The notes beneath the pieces were generated by a model, which worked only from the letters and a program-made list of their open reading frames with translations, was not told the DNA's origin and made no database searches. Positions 1 through 12,909 of a stretch of DNA of 64,000 bases are shown one piece after another. The stretch covers positions 28,288,001 to 28,352,000 of the forward strand of contig CP068257.2 of NCBI GenBank assembly GCA_009914755.4, given 5' to 3'. A program made the position numbers and the translations under genes. This stretch comes from the human T2T-CHM13v2.0 reference genome, Homo sapiens. Numbering within the stretch: the stretch's first letter is position 1; every line of letters begins with the position of its first letter.

Positions 1-922
1 TGCAAGATCACCATTAATCTGATTTTGTTCATAAACTCTGACTTCAATTTCTACATCAATAAAATGGTTATATTAGATATAACTACCTTCTACTTTGGAG
101 TAACAGTGAAGATATGGTATATAAACCTGTGTATCAAATAAATGACTTATGTCCAATAAAGAATATCTGAATTTTTAAGTAAATCAATAAAACCATTAAC
201 ATCTTTATTTTTAAAATAAGTTTTCTATATATTTGTTTATTTCTTCAATAAATGCCAAACACTGTTAAAAAATAATTTCTGTGGGTAGAAGAAAACTGAT
301 TTTATAATTATCTTAAAACTGCATACCTTTCTATTCTTCATAGCCTTTAATAATTAAATGTACATATATTTTGTCATTATACAGAAATGATTTATTATTT
401 AACAGCATTGGATGGACACTACAAATCTCAGAAAGAAGCAATCTTAGAAAAAAATTATGATCTATATTGGAAGCAACCTAAATGAACTTTTCATTTTTCT
501 TTACTTTCAACTAATTTTCTTAATTCTTGTATGGCAAAAGGTATACTTACTTAAATGATCATTTAAAAATAAATGAAAACAGTTACTTTGCTTAAAAATG
601 ACTAAAGTTCAAACTTACAGCTTTTGCTGTTGTATTCCTCGGCCCTTTTACACTTCATTTTCTTTATTGGGTCATGCATTTGTATGCTTCTAAATAAGTT
701 ACTTTTTTTAGCAGACTTTTGAGATAAGATACAGACAGAATTGCAGAACCTGTTTTATTTCCTCAGGAAGAATCTCAGATGGGAGTGGTGCATAAGACCA
801 GACTGCAGAACATAAAATGGTTTTCTCAAGTCTACACTAGCTAGAAAGCAATCACCCTTCTTCTTTCTTTTTATTTGACCCGAAAGGACTTGTGTACTGA
901 TTTACACAATTCTATGCCATTT

Positions 923-952
923 GTGTGTGTTTATGTGTATGTGTATGTGTTA
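923..952. repeat. (TG)n/(GTGTAT)n microsatellite
   Basis: Direct reading: gtgtgtgtttatgtgtatgtgtatgtgttatg. Confidence 0.6.
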
Positions 953-1947
953 TGCAAAAATGAGTCTTTCCACAGGGAATTTTGCTGTATTTCCTTTTGA
1001 CTGAGTATGAATTATGCTGTAGATAGATTTATGAAATATAATGCTAATTTGGATGGTCTCATATTGACTTGTAGGGTGATACTGTCCTCCTTCAAAAGGC
1101 CCTAGAGAAGTTCTTTTTTCACTTCTGCATATTACTTTTCAGTCGAAATGTCAGTTGCAAGCTTTTCTCAGGCAGCTATAAAGGAGAATTTGTACTTCTG
1201 CATAATATCTAATGTACCACATTCATATTAATGTTTGAAAGAGAGAAAACTAGAGAAACCTAGTAAAACATTGTAATAATAAACATGAAGTAGAAGGAAG
1301 CTATCATTAACTCAATTTGTAGCTCAGCATGGCATTTTACAGATGTGACAGAAGTCTTTAATTTGAACTCAAAATAGAGAAGTGTGAGTTTGGAAATGAA
1401 ATATACCATGGAGTTACAACGAGTGTTTCCTTTCTCTCAGAAAAAAAGGCAAGAAATTGAACAAAAGTTAAAGTCATCTTTTCAGGAACCTCAGACAAAG
1501 ATCAAAACCTTAAACCAAACACGCCAATGTTTCAGGTTTTGTTTGCTTGTTCTTACATCTTAAGCCCATGGTAGTACTCTAAAATATGGAGTCTAAAGAA
1601 AGGTGGGCAAATTTGATGTTCAGAACACAGACTGACAAACAACGTTTAGTTATTTCCCTTCAGCCTTATGTAATCAATAGTCCCGTTAGATAAAATAGGC
1701 TTTTCTAAGAGGAGATGATTAGGATTACAGAGGAGTATCTGAAAGGTTCAGAGGGGATAGAAAAGATTTAAGCTTTATTACTGACCAGACCAAGATATGC
1801 AAAGTAGACTCTAATAACAAACAAAACAACAAAAACATAGTTAAGCAAGTACCAAATACAAAATCTTAGGAAAACAAGAGTACAAAAAATTGGAAATTAT
1901 TATCTGAACAGTGGGGAGATATATACTCATATATGAAAGAAGGTTAA

Positions 1948-2255
1948 GGCCGGGCGCGGTGGCTCATGCCTATAATCCCAGCACTTTGGGAGGCCGAGAT
2001 GAGTGGATCACGAGGTCAGGAGTTCAAGACCAGCCTGGCCAACGTGGTGAAACGCCATCTCTACTAAATATACAAAAATTAGCCAGGCGTGGTGGCGGGC
2101 GCCTGTAATCCCAGCTACTCAGGAGACTGAGGCAGAGAATTGCTTGAACCCGGGAGGTGGACGTTGCAGTGAGCCGAGATCATGCCACTGCACTCCAGCC
2201 TGGGCAACACAGTGAGACTGGCTCAAAAAAAAAAAAAAGAAAAAAAAGAAAAAGA
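1948..2255 (+). mobile_element. Full-length Alu SINE (AluY/S-like) with poly-A tail and target-site duplication
   Basis: Starts ggccgggcgcggtggctcatgcctataatcccagcactttgggaggccgag, with left and right monomers and a terminal A-rich tail at 2225-2255. It is flanked by the direct repeat aaagaaggtta(a/g) at 1936-1947 and 2251-2262. Confidence 0.9.
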
Positions 2256-5149
2256 AGGTTAGATGGAAGAAGGGTTGTGATGAAGTGATGAACAGATATA
2301 TATGCAGTTATGAAGCATTGAGCTCATGACATCATGAGCTTTATTCTATGGTTACTGTAAGAAAGGTTAAGAACAACTGCTCTGAAACCCAATCACCATG
2401 GTGGGTAGACTATACTGAACACATTATTGGTTTACAGATGCTCCTATATGAGGTCAATGTGCAATTCCCAACCTACCTATCTTAGCATTTACCTGAAAGA
2501 CATGGTATTTAATCTTAATGTCTCAAAAAATTTTATTCTCCCCCGACCTTTTTTGTTTTTTTCACCTTTTAGTGACTCTTGTCATTATTTAAAACTATTT
2601 GCAAGAATTTTCTGAGTAAAACATTGGCTCTGCTTCCAGGCGTCTCATCCTCTTAGAGGTGAGGTGGTCTTCTATTTAACAAGGTACCTTATTTGGGTTT
2701 CTTAATTTCATAGAAGGACCTCATTCTTACCTTCTAATGTTTATGGATCTGGCTCTAAGTAGAAATGCACATTTAATCACAACCCCCCTTCCCTCTAACT
2801 TTCTGCTGCTCTCCTTCAGGAAAAGCTCAGACTCAAGGAGCAATCATTACGAATGATGATGAGGTGACGTGCAAGCCATCCATTTCCCTAGATACTATAA
2901 ATTGAAGTCTAGATCAAACCAAACTATTTGACAGTTCCATACCAAGATGTTTTGTAGAAGTGTTCTTATTACTACGTGATACCTTGTCATAGAGTTGTAT
3001 TGAGCATTTCATAAGAAACAAATGTATGAAACACACCACTGATTTGATCGTAGGTATGCTATCTATAACATCACATTGTTTCCCCTTATCAGGATCACAG
3101 GATAAATTTCTTGCATGGTTTTTAACCTGAAAAACCTATAATTTGTTTAAGCAACCAGACCCTCCCAACTCTGAAGTTTGTTCTGTTTCCCTTCTCAATT
3201 CAGCCGCAGATACAATTTTCTCGTCCACTTTTGGCATCTTTTCAGGGAAACGCACCTGCCTTAATCTTGCTTCACCTTCACCTCCATCCTCATTAATGTA
3301 TTTTATCAGATTATAATATATGTATTTTTATAAACCTTTAAAATATTTTTAGAATAAGACAAGCTATAAATATAAGAATGAATAAATGAATAGTAAATGA
3401 CAGAGAGGGTGTGAATACATAAATTAAAACTTCATAGTCTGAAGGGAGAAGAAAAGCTCAAATGTTACTTTGCAAAACCCAGAAGTTGATTTGAAGGATT
3501 ACTTCACATGAAACAAAAGGCAGGTCAGCCTTCAGGAATAGTACAGCAAACTTAGCATACTCTCCAGGAATTGTTCACTGATTTTGTCCTTTTAAGTAGC
3601 ATATCAATAATACATTCCACCTCACTTTTTGCATCTGATATAGGAGTGAGACTATGAATCTCAAAGTCCCAAATGGTGGGCTGCCTTCCTGATTTTTTAT
3701 GACGTTCTCAAAAAGTGAGTGACAGATACCACTCTTTAGTCTTCTTCCCTTGTATGCACATGTACTTAGCCTAACCAAAGTATAACACTCACTTAAATAT
3801 TTCCAGTTAAATTAGGATAATACAAATTGTAATGGCCGTAGACTCTAATTATTCTAAATTGTTAAGCTATATACCACTCGTTTGTAAATGCTAACTTTAT
3901 TTTTTTCCAAGAGTGCTTTTAGAGATGAAGACATTCCTGCTCACTCAAGTAACTGTAGGATAAGTTAATCAGAAATACCTAGATCATAAAAAGCTAAAAA
4001 AAAAAAAACTTGCAAGGTATGTATAGTTTAACATATTTCTGTTAAGATTTCTTTATTGATATTTTCCCTGGATGTTAAAATTTCCCTAGATTTGAGTATT
4101 TACAATAATAATTCCTCTGGCCTCACCTCCGTTTCACATGTGCACTCTCTCATTTAAGACACATCTCAAAATTCTCTACAACGGGCACCCTGATTTAAAG
4201 AAACCACAGTGATTAGTCCAGTGCTTTTTGTACTCTAAAGCTTTTATGAATTTTGTTAGTTGATTACTACTTCTCATTCATTCAAATATAGATTTTTAAC
4301 ACCTTTCAAATTAGTTGTATGAGAAAAACAAAGTTGCAAGAAAACAGCACTGAGAAGAAGGTTAAGAATTGTGGCTTGCTTACTGAGTCTTTATTTCAGT
4401 TAAGCTTCTGGGGCCTTAGTATTCTCAGTTATGAAATGAAAAAGTTGGACTTTAGGATCTTTAAAGGCTCTGCCTCGTGTTGAACACTATTGTTGTTAAT
4501 TTATTTATGTATCTTATATAGTTTTTTGTATACATATAAGAAATTATATATATATACACATATATATTTAAGTCTATGTGCCTTCTACAGCTTGTTCAAA
4601 TAGATTTCTGGGTCTGATTTCTTTCTCTTTACAATTTATTTATCATTATTATTCCAAGAAGAGTATACTGTTTAGGCTAAGCTAATAATGGACAATTATT
4701 TATAACAGTTTTGTTGTGTTTTCTATGAAATTATGTTTTTCCCTAAGGAATTTTATTTGTGATATCATACTGTCTATTTTCTCACAAATGTCCCACAGAT
4801 GTAGCAAATCATCAATCCTTCGAGGTTAATTGGAGCCTGGATGATAGCATGTGTTCCCTGTTGTTCAATCTGACCGAGAGGAATATTCTCATGAGAAGCA
4901 GAACAGATATTTCAAACTCAGTTGTATGTAGCCTCAGAACATCCTAAAAGCATAACAAATTGGCATGGTCTGTGTGGGCCTGATGCCTCCCCGCTCCACA
5001 CCACCAGCACTCACAGACATTGCCTTGCCCAGTTATTCAAAATGCAATAATAACTTTATGTATGATTTGTCTCCAGGTAGAATAGGTAAAAGACAGAGAA
5101 AAATGCAAATTGGAATCTTATTATATAAATATGAATTTATCTATGAATA

Positions 5150-5465
5150 CACGTATATTATATATGATATGTAATATATGTTGTACTGTGTGTAATGATA
5201 TATATGTAATATATAAACTAAAGGATAATTATAATAAATAATACACAACTATATATGTATTTGTATATAGTTATATGTGAATTTATGTATACTATGTAGT
5301 ATATGTTTTATATTCAGTATTTTGGGCTGTAGTGTGTATAATATATGCAATAAATATGCTTAATAATATGTATATGCAATGCTTATAATATATATATAAA
5401 TTGAAAAATCTGTAATAAATGCAGCCATATACACACTTATTATATTATATATTATTTATACAAAT
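5150..5465. repeat. TA-rich low-complexity / (TATATG)n-like simple repeat tract
   Basis: ~300 bp of imperfect tatatgta / atatatgt motifs immediately upstream of the Alu at 5477. Confidence 0.6.
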
Positions 5466-5476
5466 ATATAAAATAT

Positions 5477-5876
<400 letters not shown>

Positions 5877-7487
5877 CTAGTCCTAAATCCTAGGCCACAG
5901 TTGTTCAACCTTTTGGCTTCCCTGGGCCACACTGGAAGACGATGAATTGTCTTGGGCCATACATAAAATACATTAACACTAAGGAGAGTTGATGAGCTAA
6001 GAAAAAAGTTTGGGCATAATTTTCATATCTGCCACCACAGATAAGCAAAAACATCCTCACATTCAAAGGGTTGGACATCCATGTCCTAGGCTTTCTGTTG
6101 CAAAGCCGAAAACTGAAATTTAAAAAGTTTATTGTTTTTGTTGCTTCTTTCGTTGCTGCTTTAATTTTTAAAAGCATTGCTTTAAATACCACAGCAGTAT
6201 TTACAGCTTGAACCTGAGGGCTGAGATAGACATGTGATAATACAAGAACTCAGCTCCATCTTTCTTCCCCTTCGAGTTGGGAAACCTGGAGTCATGGTAG
6301 GAGGACAATAAAATCCCTTAGATCTGGAGAAAACCTGTGCCCACAGGCAGGTGGGTCTCTGGGAGTGGAGGACCATAGTGTACAATTGGCCATTCAAAGT
6401 GCCACCAGGAAAGCCAAGATGAAGGCAGGATATACTTAGACAGAAAGAGCCTGAGATAACCAGCAGGACTTGAAGGTCACTTGGAGTGGGTGTTGCTGTG
6501 TGAGCCACAAATTCCACCCCAAAGAGGCGCTGGGTAAGCACCAGCTAAGTGAGAGACCAGATGGAAAATGCGCTGAGTCTTGAAGGATGAGCAGCAGCAG
6601 AGTGAGCCACATGGGGCTGCTCAGTCAGGGATTTGGGCAGTGAATGCAGTGCATTAGAGGCTGATACCCAGGACCTAGTGGAACAAGCTACACCCCAGTG
6701 GACGTCCTGGAGGAATGACAGCAAATGCCTCTCCTTTCATGTCTTTTATCTCTGTAGGGAGAAGAGAGAAAATAGATTCAAAATAATTTACATTTGAAAT
6801 AGAAAGCGAGGAAACTCCCACTGGGGCCACATCAAGGTCCTCACTTTGATGTGTGCCAGTTAACATTAATTACAGGGAAACAAACAAAGTTCCACACACT
6901 GGATGCTGTGGCTATAAATGTTAAATGTAATACAGCTGCACATCTTCATGCAGCATATCAGTTCATCCCAATGACAATAAAATAAAGCAGATACTGCAGA
7001 GGGGATTACAGATATGGAGATCAGCAGACGCACCCATTACCTGCTCACCACTCACTAGTCTCCGATAAAGGGTTGGATTTACTAGGAGGTTATGTGACAT
7101 GGCCAAGCTAAGAACCACCGGAAGTGGAAGTACTCTCATTCCAGTGCACTTTTCACTATGGCAATCTGCAGGCAAATGTCTGCTTTAATAATCGAGAATC
7201 TACAGAATCTTATCCTTAACTAATCGTTGTTAAACTGGACAAAACACATTAATGGGAATAAAAGTGAAAAAAAACTTTCACCCACAATTCTACCATCTTA
7301 ACAAAACCAATAAACTTCCCTTTTCCACATGAACTAACTGAAAGTTATCATGTATAAGCAAGAATGAACTGTATAAATTCCCAATCCAAAGTATGTAAAA
7401 CCATACACTATGGTCTATATTATTTTGTGTGCATTTTTTGCTTATTTCTTCTTACGGATCATATTTAATGAATGCTTTATTTCTTAA

Positions 7488-7933
7488 GTAACCTCACCTC
7501 AGTTAGAATGGTTAGAATGGCTATTATCAAAAAAGACAAGAAAAGAAAATTAACAAATGCTGGCGAGGATGTGGTGAAAAGGCAACTCTTACATGCTGTT
7601 GGCAGGAATGTAAATTAGTACAATCATTATGGAAAACAGTATGTAGGTTGCTTAAAAAACTAAAAATAAAATTATCATATGCTCCAGCAATCACACTTCT
7701 AGGTATATATCCAAGGGAATTGAAATAAGCATGTTGAAGAGATATCTGCACTTCAGTTCATTGCCACGTTATCCACAGTAGCCAAGATGCAGAGTCAACC
7801 TAAGTGTCCATCAGCGGATGAATGGATAAAGAAAATGTGGTAAATATACACAATGGAATACTATTCAGCCACAAAACAGAATGAAATCCTGTCATTTGCT
7901 GCAACATGAATAAACCTGGATGACATTATACTG
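7488..7933 (+). mobile_element. L1 (LINE-1) fragment: C-terminal part of ORF2 / 3' region (L1P/L1M-age)
   Basis: Matches the L1 region ...gaatggctattatcaaaaagacaag...aaatgctggcgaggatgtggtgaaaag...ggaatgtaaattagtacaatcattatggaaaacagtatg...ccagcaatcacacttctaggtatatatccaagggaattgaaat...gtccatcagcggatgaatggataaagaaaatgtggtaaatatacacaatggaatactattcagccacaaaacagaatgaaatcctgtcatttgctgcaacatg. Conceptual translation gives [29 protein letters not shown]..., typical of the L1 ORF2 C-terminus. Confidence 0.8.
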
Positions 7934-8884
7934 TTATTTTCTTAACCATTCTCTCCTGTTGAACATTTAGATGATTCACAATCATTTATAAAGGTTCTTG
8001 CCAACTCAGTGGACATGCATGGAAACAGCCTTAGGGTTCAAATTTTTCCTAAGAACAAAAGGAACAGCGCTACCCAGAATTCAAAAGGCAAATATTGCCT
8101 TTAGATTTGAAGAATGGCTCTATCTCATTAATCCATTTTTAGGAGAAAAAGTACAGTAACATCTCATACAGTATAAACACAGCCAGTTCATCAGAATGCA
8201 ACATCTGTTTACGGATTACTAAAGTATGTAATCCAACATTTTAGAAGTTTACAATTTAGGAAAAAAGAAAACCTTTAAAAGTTATGATTGAGTCCTCACA
8301 ATGAAAGAAAGTAAGAACACTTGATTTTTACCATCCTTTCCCCAATCTGCATTATGAAGTGTTTTTTTCCCCCTCTGGGAATTAAGTATTGATTTTTAAA
8401 GGCATATTTAGACAATTTTGCTAAGAAAAGTAATCTGTGAAAATAGTTTCCTGTGACTTTTCATTTAAAGACATCAGCACTTAAAGCATCTGACAGAATG
8501 TTACAATGCTTGCATCAATATTCAACGGTAAATTATATTTAAGTACAAAAAGTATAATAGTTGAAGACCAAGATGCTAATGGATAGGAACAACTAATGTC
8601 TGATTTTCTACAAACTCCTTGCAGAATTCTAAAGAAGACGTATGACCATCAGATTAGCAACTGTTATATAAAGCTTATTTCTTCAATGATTTTTTCAACA
8701 TTAAATATTGTTGTCTTTAAGGACACTCTTAGAAAACCCTCCATGTAGCATGTTGTATGGAATGAACGAGACTTTTTCCTTTTTGTTTCCCTTGGTACAG
8801 TTGCAGATCTTTATGTACTGCAGAGTAGGTAGAAACAGTAACAGAAGAAACCTTGACATGGGTTGAATCTTTTTAAAATATAGA

Positions 8885-9045
8885 CTTTATTTCTTAGCAC
8901 AGCTTTAGGTTTACAGAAAAACTGAGAATACAGTACCAAGTTCACATGTACTCCACATCTTCTTTCTCCTGAAATTATTACGTTAGTATGGTACAGCGTT
9001 AAAATTAATAAACCAGTATTAATGAATTATTATTAAGTAAAGTCA
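8885..9045 (+). mobile_element. Ancient interspersed-repeat fragment (probably an old L1 3'UTR family)
   Basis: tagcacagctttaggtttacagaaaaactgag...gtatggtacagcgttaaaattaataaaccagtattaatgaattattattaag resembles a widespread mammalian repeat with the motifs cagttttaggtt(t/c)acag(a/c)aaaattgagc and ggtacatttgttacaattgatgaacc.atattgatacattattatt. The family name is not certain from memory. Confidence 0.35.
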
Positions 9046-11004
9046 GTCTTTATTCAGAGTCCTTGGTTTTTACCTAATGTCATTTTCTTGTTGCTGTTTC
9101 GGGATTGCATTCAGGATAGCACATTACATTTTTCTCACTAATCTTCTTAGGCTTATCTTGGTTGTGACAGTTTTTCAGATTTTCCTTGTTTTTCATGACT
9201 TTGGTGGTTTTGGTCAATATTGGTCAGCTATTTTGCAGAATGCTACTCTGTTGGAATTTGTCTGATATTTTCTCATTAGTAGAGTAGGGCTCTAGGCTTT
9301 GGGGAGGAAGACGAGATAGGTAACATACCCTTTGCATCACCTGTTATCAAGCGTGAATACTAGCAGCATAATCTACCACTGCTGATGCTAACCTGGATCC
9401 CCTGGCTCTTCTGCTGAGCAGATTTGCCTATTCTCCCTACTTATTTATTTAATCATTTATCTATATCAGTATGCACTCATGGGAGCATTTCTTTACTTTC
9501 CAGCACTATAAGATCCTCCAGAATCATCTTATGTATCTCCCTTCCCAGCACCAGAATAATATATATTTTTTCTGAGGAGCTCTAGGTGCCAGGAGTGTTC
9601 ATTGTTACTGGGGTATCATTGTTCCTAAGCCCTCTCAGCAGACAGAGCAAGGAAATACATGTGTGTGTGTACCAACCCATGTATAGGTTGAGTTTTAATC
9701 AATCATTAGATAAAATAGGTGTTTTGCCTTAAGATTGCCTGTGCTCTTTGACTCGTTTGGTGTAAAAAATAATATGTTTTAATATTTTTTTGAATTTTTA
9801 AAGGGAAATAGTAAGTTGTAGTGAACTCTTAGTCTCCAAATTGATGATAACTGATGGTAATAATAACAATTAACCATTGGATTTTTGTTAAATGAAAACA
9901 CACAGGCATAATTCTAATATAAAAATCTGCATTATCACACTTCTCTTGAAACATTAATAAGTAGAAATTTTCAATACAGTTGATAGGCTGTTGTATGATT
10001 GCTTTATTTTGTATGTTTGCTTTGCCAGGATACTAGTAAACTGGCAACTAATCAAAAGACACAACATGGCCTAATCTTTCAAATTTAACTGCTCTACTTG
10101 ACAAATGTGCCAAATAATATTTTTAAAAGCTAAAAGAAAATCTTTTCAAGCTGTGGAAGGTGTTTCTATGAGATTAATTTGTGGCCAGTAGTTTACTTAT
10201 TATTTAGTCAATATCATTGCTTGTTAATTTCAATTTGTGACTAATCTTACCTTAGATTTCATTATATACTTTAGAAGATTCCTAAGTTTTTAATAAGAAA
10301 AAAGTAAAATATTGTCCAAGTAACTTGGGAAAGTTATTCTAAAGAGTTTAATGTTTTCAGTAGTTCATAACTGAGATTATAAATTAAATATTTTTACTTC
10401 TTTCCTTTTTAAAAATTTTCCTCTCCAAGATTAACTATTTTTCTAATTACTTTATTATTTCAAACAATTAATTTAATTATTTTAAATAAATTACTTGGAA
10501 AAATAGTGACAGTGCTGTATAATAAGTAGGGAGTTTCCAATTTGATACAACTTGATCTCAGTAGTAAATCAAGATAACAAATTAATACAGTTGATTTAGT
10601 TGGAATACATTCCTTTTAATTTGGATGCTTTTGTGTTGCCATGAAAATTTGTCATTTAAAAAATCAGATAAGCATTTTAAAATAAAGAATAGGTTAAATT
10701 GTAAATATAGACCTTTAATTTACCACAAATTACATTCCTGGAAAAGATATTTTAAGTCTAATATGAATTTTCAATTTAAAACAATGTTAAAAAGCAAGTC
10801 TAGTGTAAAAAAAAAAACGAGAAAAAGAAAAGTAAAATGGCTCCAGATCAAATTTTATGCTAATAAAATGGTAAACCTTTAGAATAGATTATGTGGTTTT
10901 AAGAATATTTTCTAAATAAAAGAGGGCAATAAGTATTAAACATCTAAGTATACCTTTTTTAAAGAAAAAATATTTATTAAGCATGCAAAATATCTGCCAC
11001 CATA

Positions 11005-11100
11005 CTAAGTGTTTTTTTTTATTAATTTGTATTTTTATGTTAAGTTCCGGGTACATGGGCAGTATGTGCAGGTTTTTACATAGGTAACCGTGTGTCATGG
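11005..11100 (-). mobile_element. Short L1 3'-terminal fragment (minus strand) with poly-T = poly-A tail
   Basis: tttttttttattaatttgtatttttatgttaagttccgggtacatgggcagtatgtgcaggtttttacataggtaaccgtgtgtcatgg is the reverse complement of the L1 3' end (...ccatggcacacgtatacctatgtaacaaacctgcacgttctgcacatgtatcccagaacttaaagtaaaataaaaa). Confidence 0.6.
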
Positions 11101-11734
11101 TAATCTTAAACCTTTAAGAAAATGTTCTGAAATTGGGAATGGCAGACTCTGGCTTAGAATGAAGCAGCTGCAGGATGTATGGTCATGTGACTTTGGATGT
11201 GTGTGCTGAAATTGCAGTGGTGTTACTGGCCCATGTTTCCTCACGTGTGCTCTGGGGAGCATGAGTTGAGTGGGACATTAATAGCTACGATTCAAATAAG
11301 GGTCTTCCAATAATTAAAATGTGAAAGACACTGGGTTAGACAAAAGAAACAGAGTGTTTGTTTGTTTGTTTTGCTGCAGAATTTCAAAAAGCCTTTACTA
11401 TACAAACGTGCCTCATGAATCTTCAAGTAAGAACATTTCCCCATGCTTACTTGCTCAAATAGGTAATTGTGGAGCACAAAACTCTCACCCTGTTCATTAA
11501 CATAGAGAGAGAGAGAGAGGGAGAGAGTTATCTTCCTCAAGATTGAAGGTATGCCATGCATTTTACATGTGATATATTTCATCCTTATGATAAACTATAA
11601 ATTTGTTATTATTATTTTCTCTTCTATAGATAACAAAATGGAGGGTAACAAATTAAATAATCTTCTCAGTTTCAGTCAATTAGAAAAAGGCAGCTGGAAA
11701 TATGAATCCCCTTCTCCCTGAAGTCCTCCGTTAC

Positions 11735-11962
11735 TCTTTCTTCTAGTCTAAATACCTTTTGGAAAATTTTAGAACATAAATAATATATCCTATGACATAT
11801 GGATAATTATCAGTGAAACAACAAAACAGAATTGAGATCTCCACTACTCTTTTCCTCTAGTCTAAATAGCTTTTGGAAAATTTTAGAATATAAATGATAT
11901 TTCCTATGTTATATGGATAATTATCAGTGAAACAACGAAAGAGGATTGAGAGATTACCACCA
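11735..11962. repeat. Local tandem duplication, ~114 bp unit x2
   Basis: Unit 1 (11735-11848) and unit 2 (11849-11962) are ~85% identical: ...tctagtctaaata(c/g)cttttggaaaattttagaa(c/t)ataaat(a/g)atat(a/t)tcctatg(ac/tt)atatggataattatcagtgaaacaac(a/g)aaa... Confidence 0.75.
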
Positions 11963-12167
11963 CCGCCATCTCCATCAATCCTTCCTCTAAACCCATCCCA
12001 GTTAATTGTACACTCTAACAACAAACAGTGTGTTTGCTAGGCATAGGTAGGTAGTGAGGCTTCCTCTCCAACTTGATTGCATTATTTGAACCCTTTCAAA
12101 AGAGAAATTCTGGAGAGTCCACTGATAATATCAGTTTTTCTCTTTGCTAGTTGCCTCACATATAAAT

Positions 12168-12483
12168 CACACTCACTTTTAAGTAATTTAGTTACCCTGG
12201 ATAACCAAGAGCAAGAGGTAATTTCTTATATTTGATTTCCACTTAGTACACACAGTGAAAGGGGAAAGATCTGCTCATTTGCAGAAACATGTTAACGTTA
12301 GTCAGGCACTCCCTTTTATGTAACACTATCAGATGCTTTCTCTCTAGATTTTTCCAGTGCCCACTGGAGTTTTCAAGTTCATGTTAGGACAAATATAGTG
12401 TATACTAAGCTGAAATCAAATATAAGAGAAATGAACTCTTGCTTTTAGTTATTCCAGGTAACTAAATTACTGAAAGTAAGTGT
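12168..12483. mobile_element. Palindromic, MITE-like non-autonomous element: ~90 bp inverted-repeat arms around a ~130 bp core
   Basis: The left arm 12168-12262 (cacactcacttttaagtaatttagttaccctggataaccaagagcaagaggtaatttcttatatttgatttccacttagtacacacagtg) is the near-exact reverse complement of the right arm 12395-12483 (...tatactaagctgaaatcaaatataagagaaatgaactcttgcttttagttattccaggtaactaaattactgaaagtaagtg). Confidence 0.45.
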
Positions 12484-12760
12484 TATTTATTGTTTGAACA
12501 CACACTTATACTGTGTGTACTTGGCATACATAAGTCCATATACAATATGGCATAATTTAATGGAAGGAGCTCAAAACCTGAGACCAGAATAGCTAGTTTC
12601 AATTTCTGGTATTTCTACCAGTAATAACTGAACTTATGCAAAGTCACCATCTCAATGAAAACCAGAGATCACAAACCTTACAAGAAAAGTAGCTGAAGTT
12701 GAGGTCTATGTAATGTTAACATTAGGCCCATAAAATCAATATTAAATGCAAAGATGAATG

Positions 12761-12909
12761 ACACAGGTAAAATTGTTAAGGGAAAAGATCTGCTCATTCT
12801 CAGCAACATGTTAATATTAGTCAGGCACTCCCTTTTATATCACACTATCAGATACCTTCTCTTTAGACTTTCCCAGCACCCATTGGAGTTTTCAAGTTCA
12901 TGTTAGGAC
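12761..12909 (+). repeat. Second, partial copy (~88% identical) of the core of the palindromic element at 12168-12483
   Basis: gggaaaagatctgctcattctcagcaacatgttaatattagtcaggcactcccttttatatcacactatcagataccttctctttagactttcccagcacccattggagttttcaagttcatgttaggac matches 12263-12394. Confidence 0.7.

Noticed and set aside
1911-2108. Short ORFs encoding [29 protein letters not shown]-type peptides (also at 24652-24946, 26160-26552, 31161-31379, 32398-32700, 53197-53544)
   Set aside because: These are the well-known frame translations of Alu SINEs (either strand). They coincide exactly with the Alu elements annotated above.
9060-9700. Possible additional ancient repeat sequence downstream of the 8885-9045 fragment
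   Set aside because: It looked vaguely familiar, but I could not reproduce a consensus alignment from memory. Any assignment would be guesswork without RepeatMasker.
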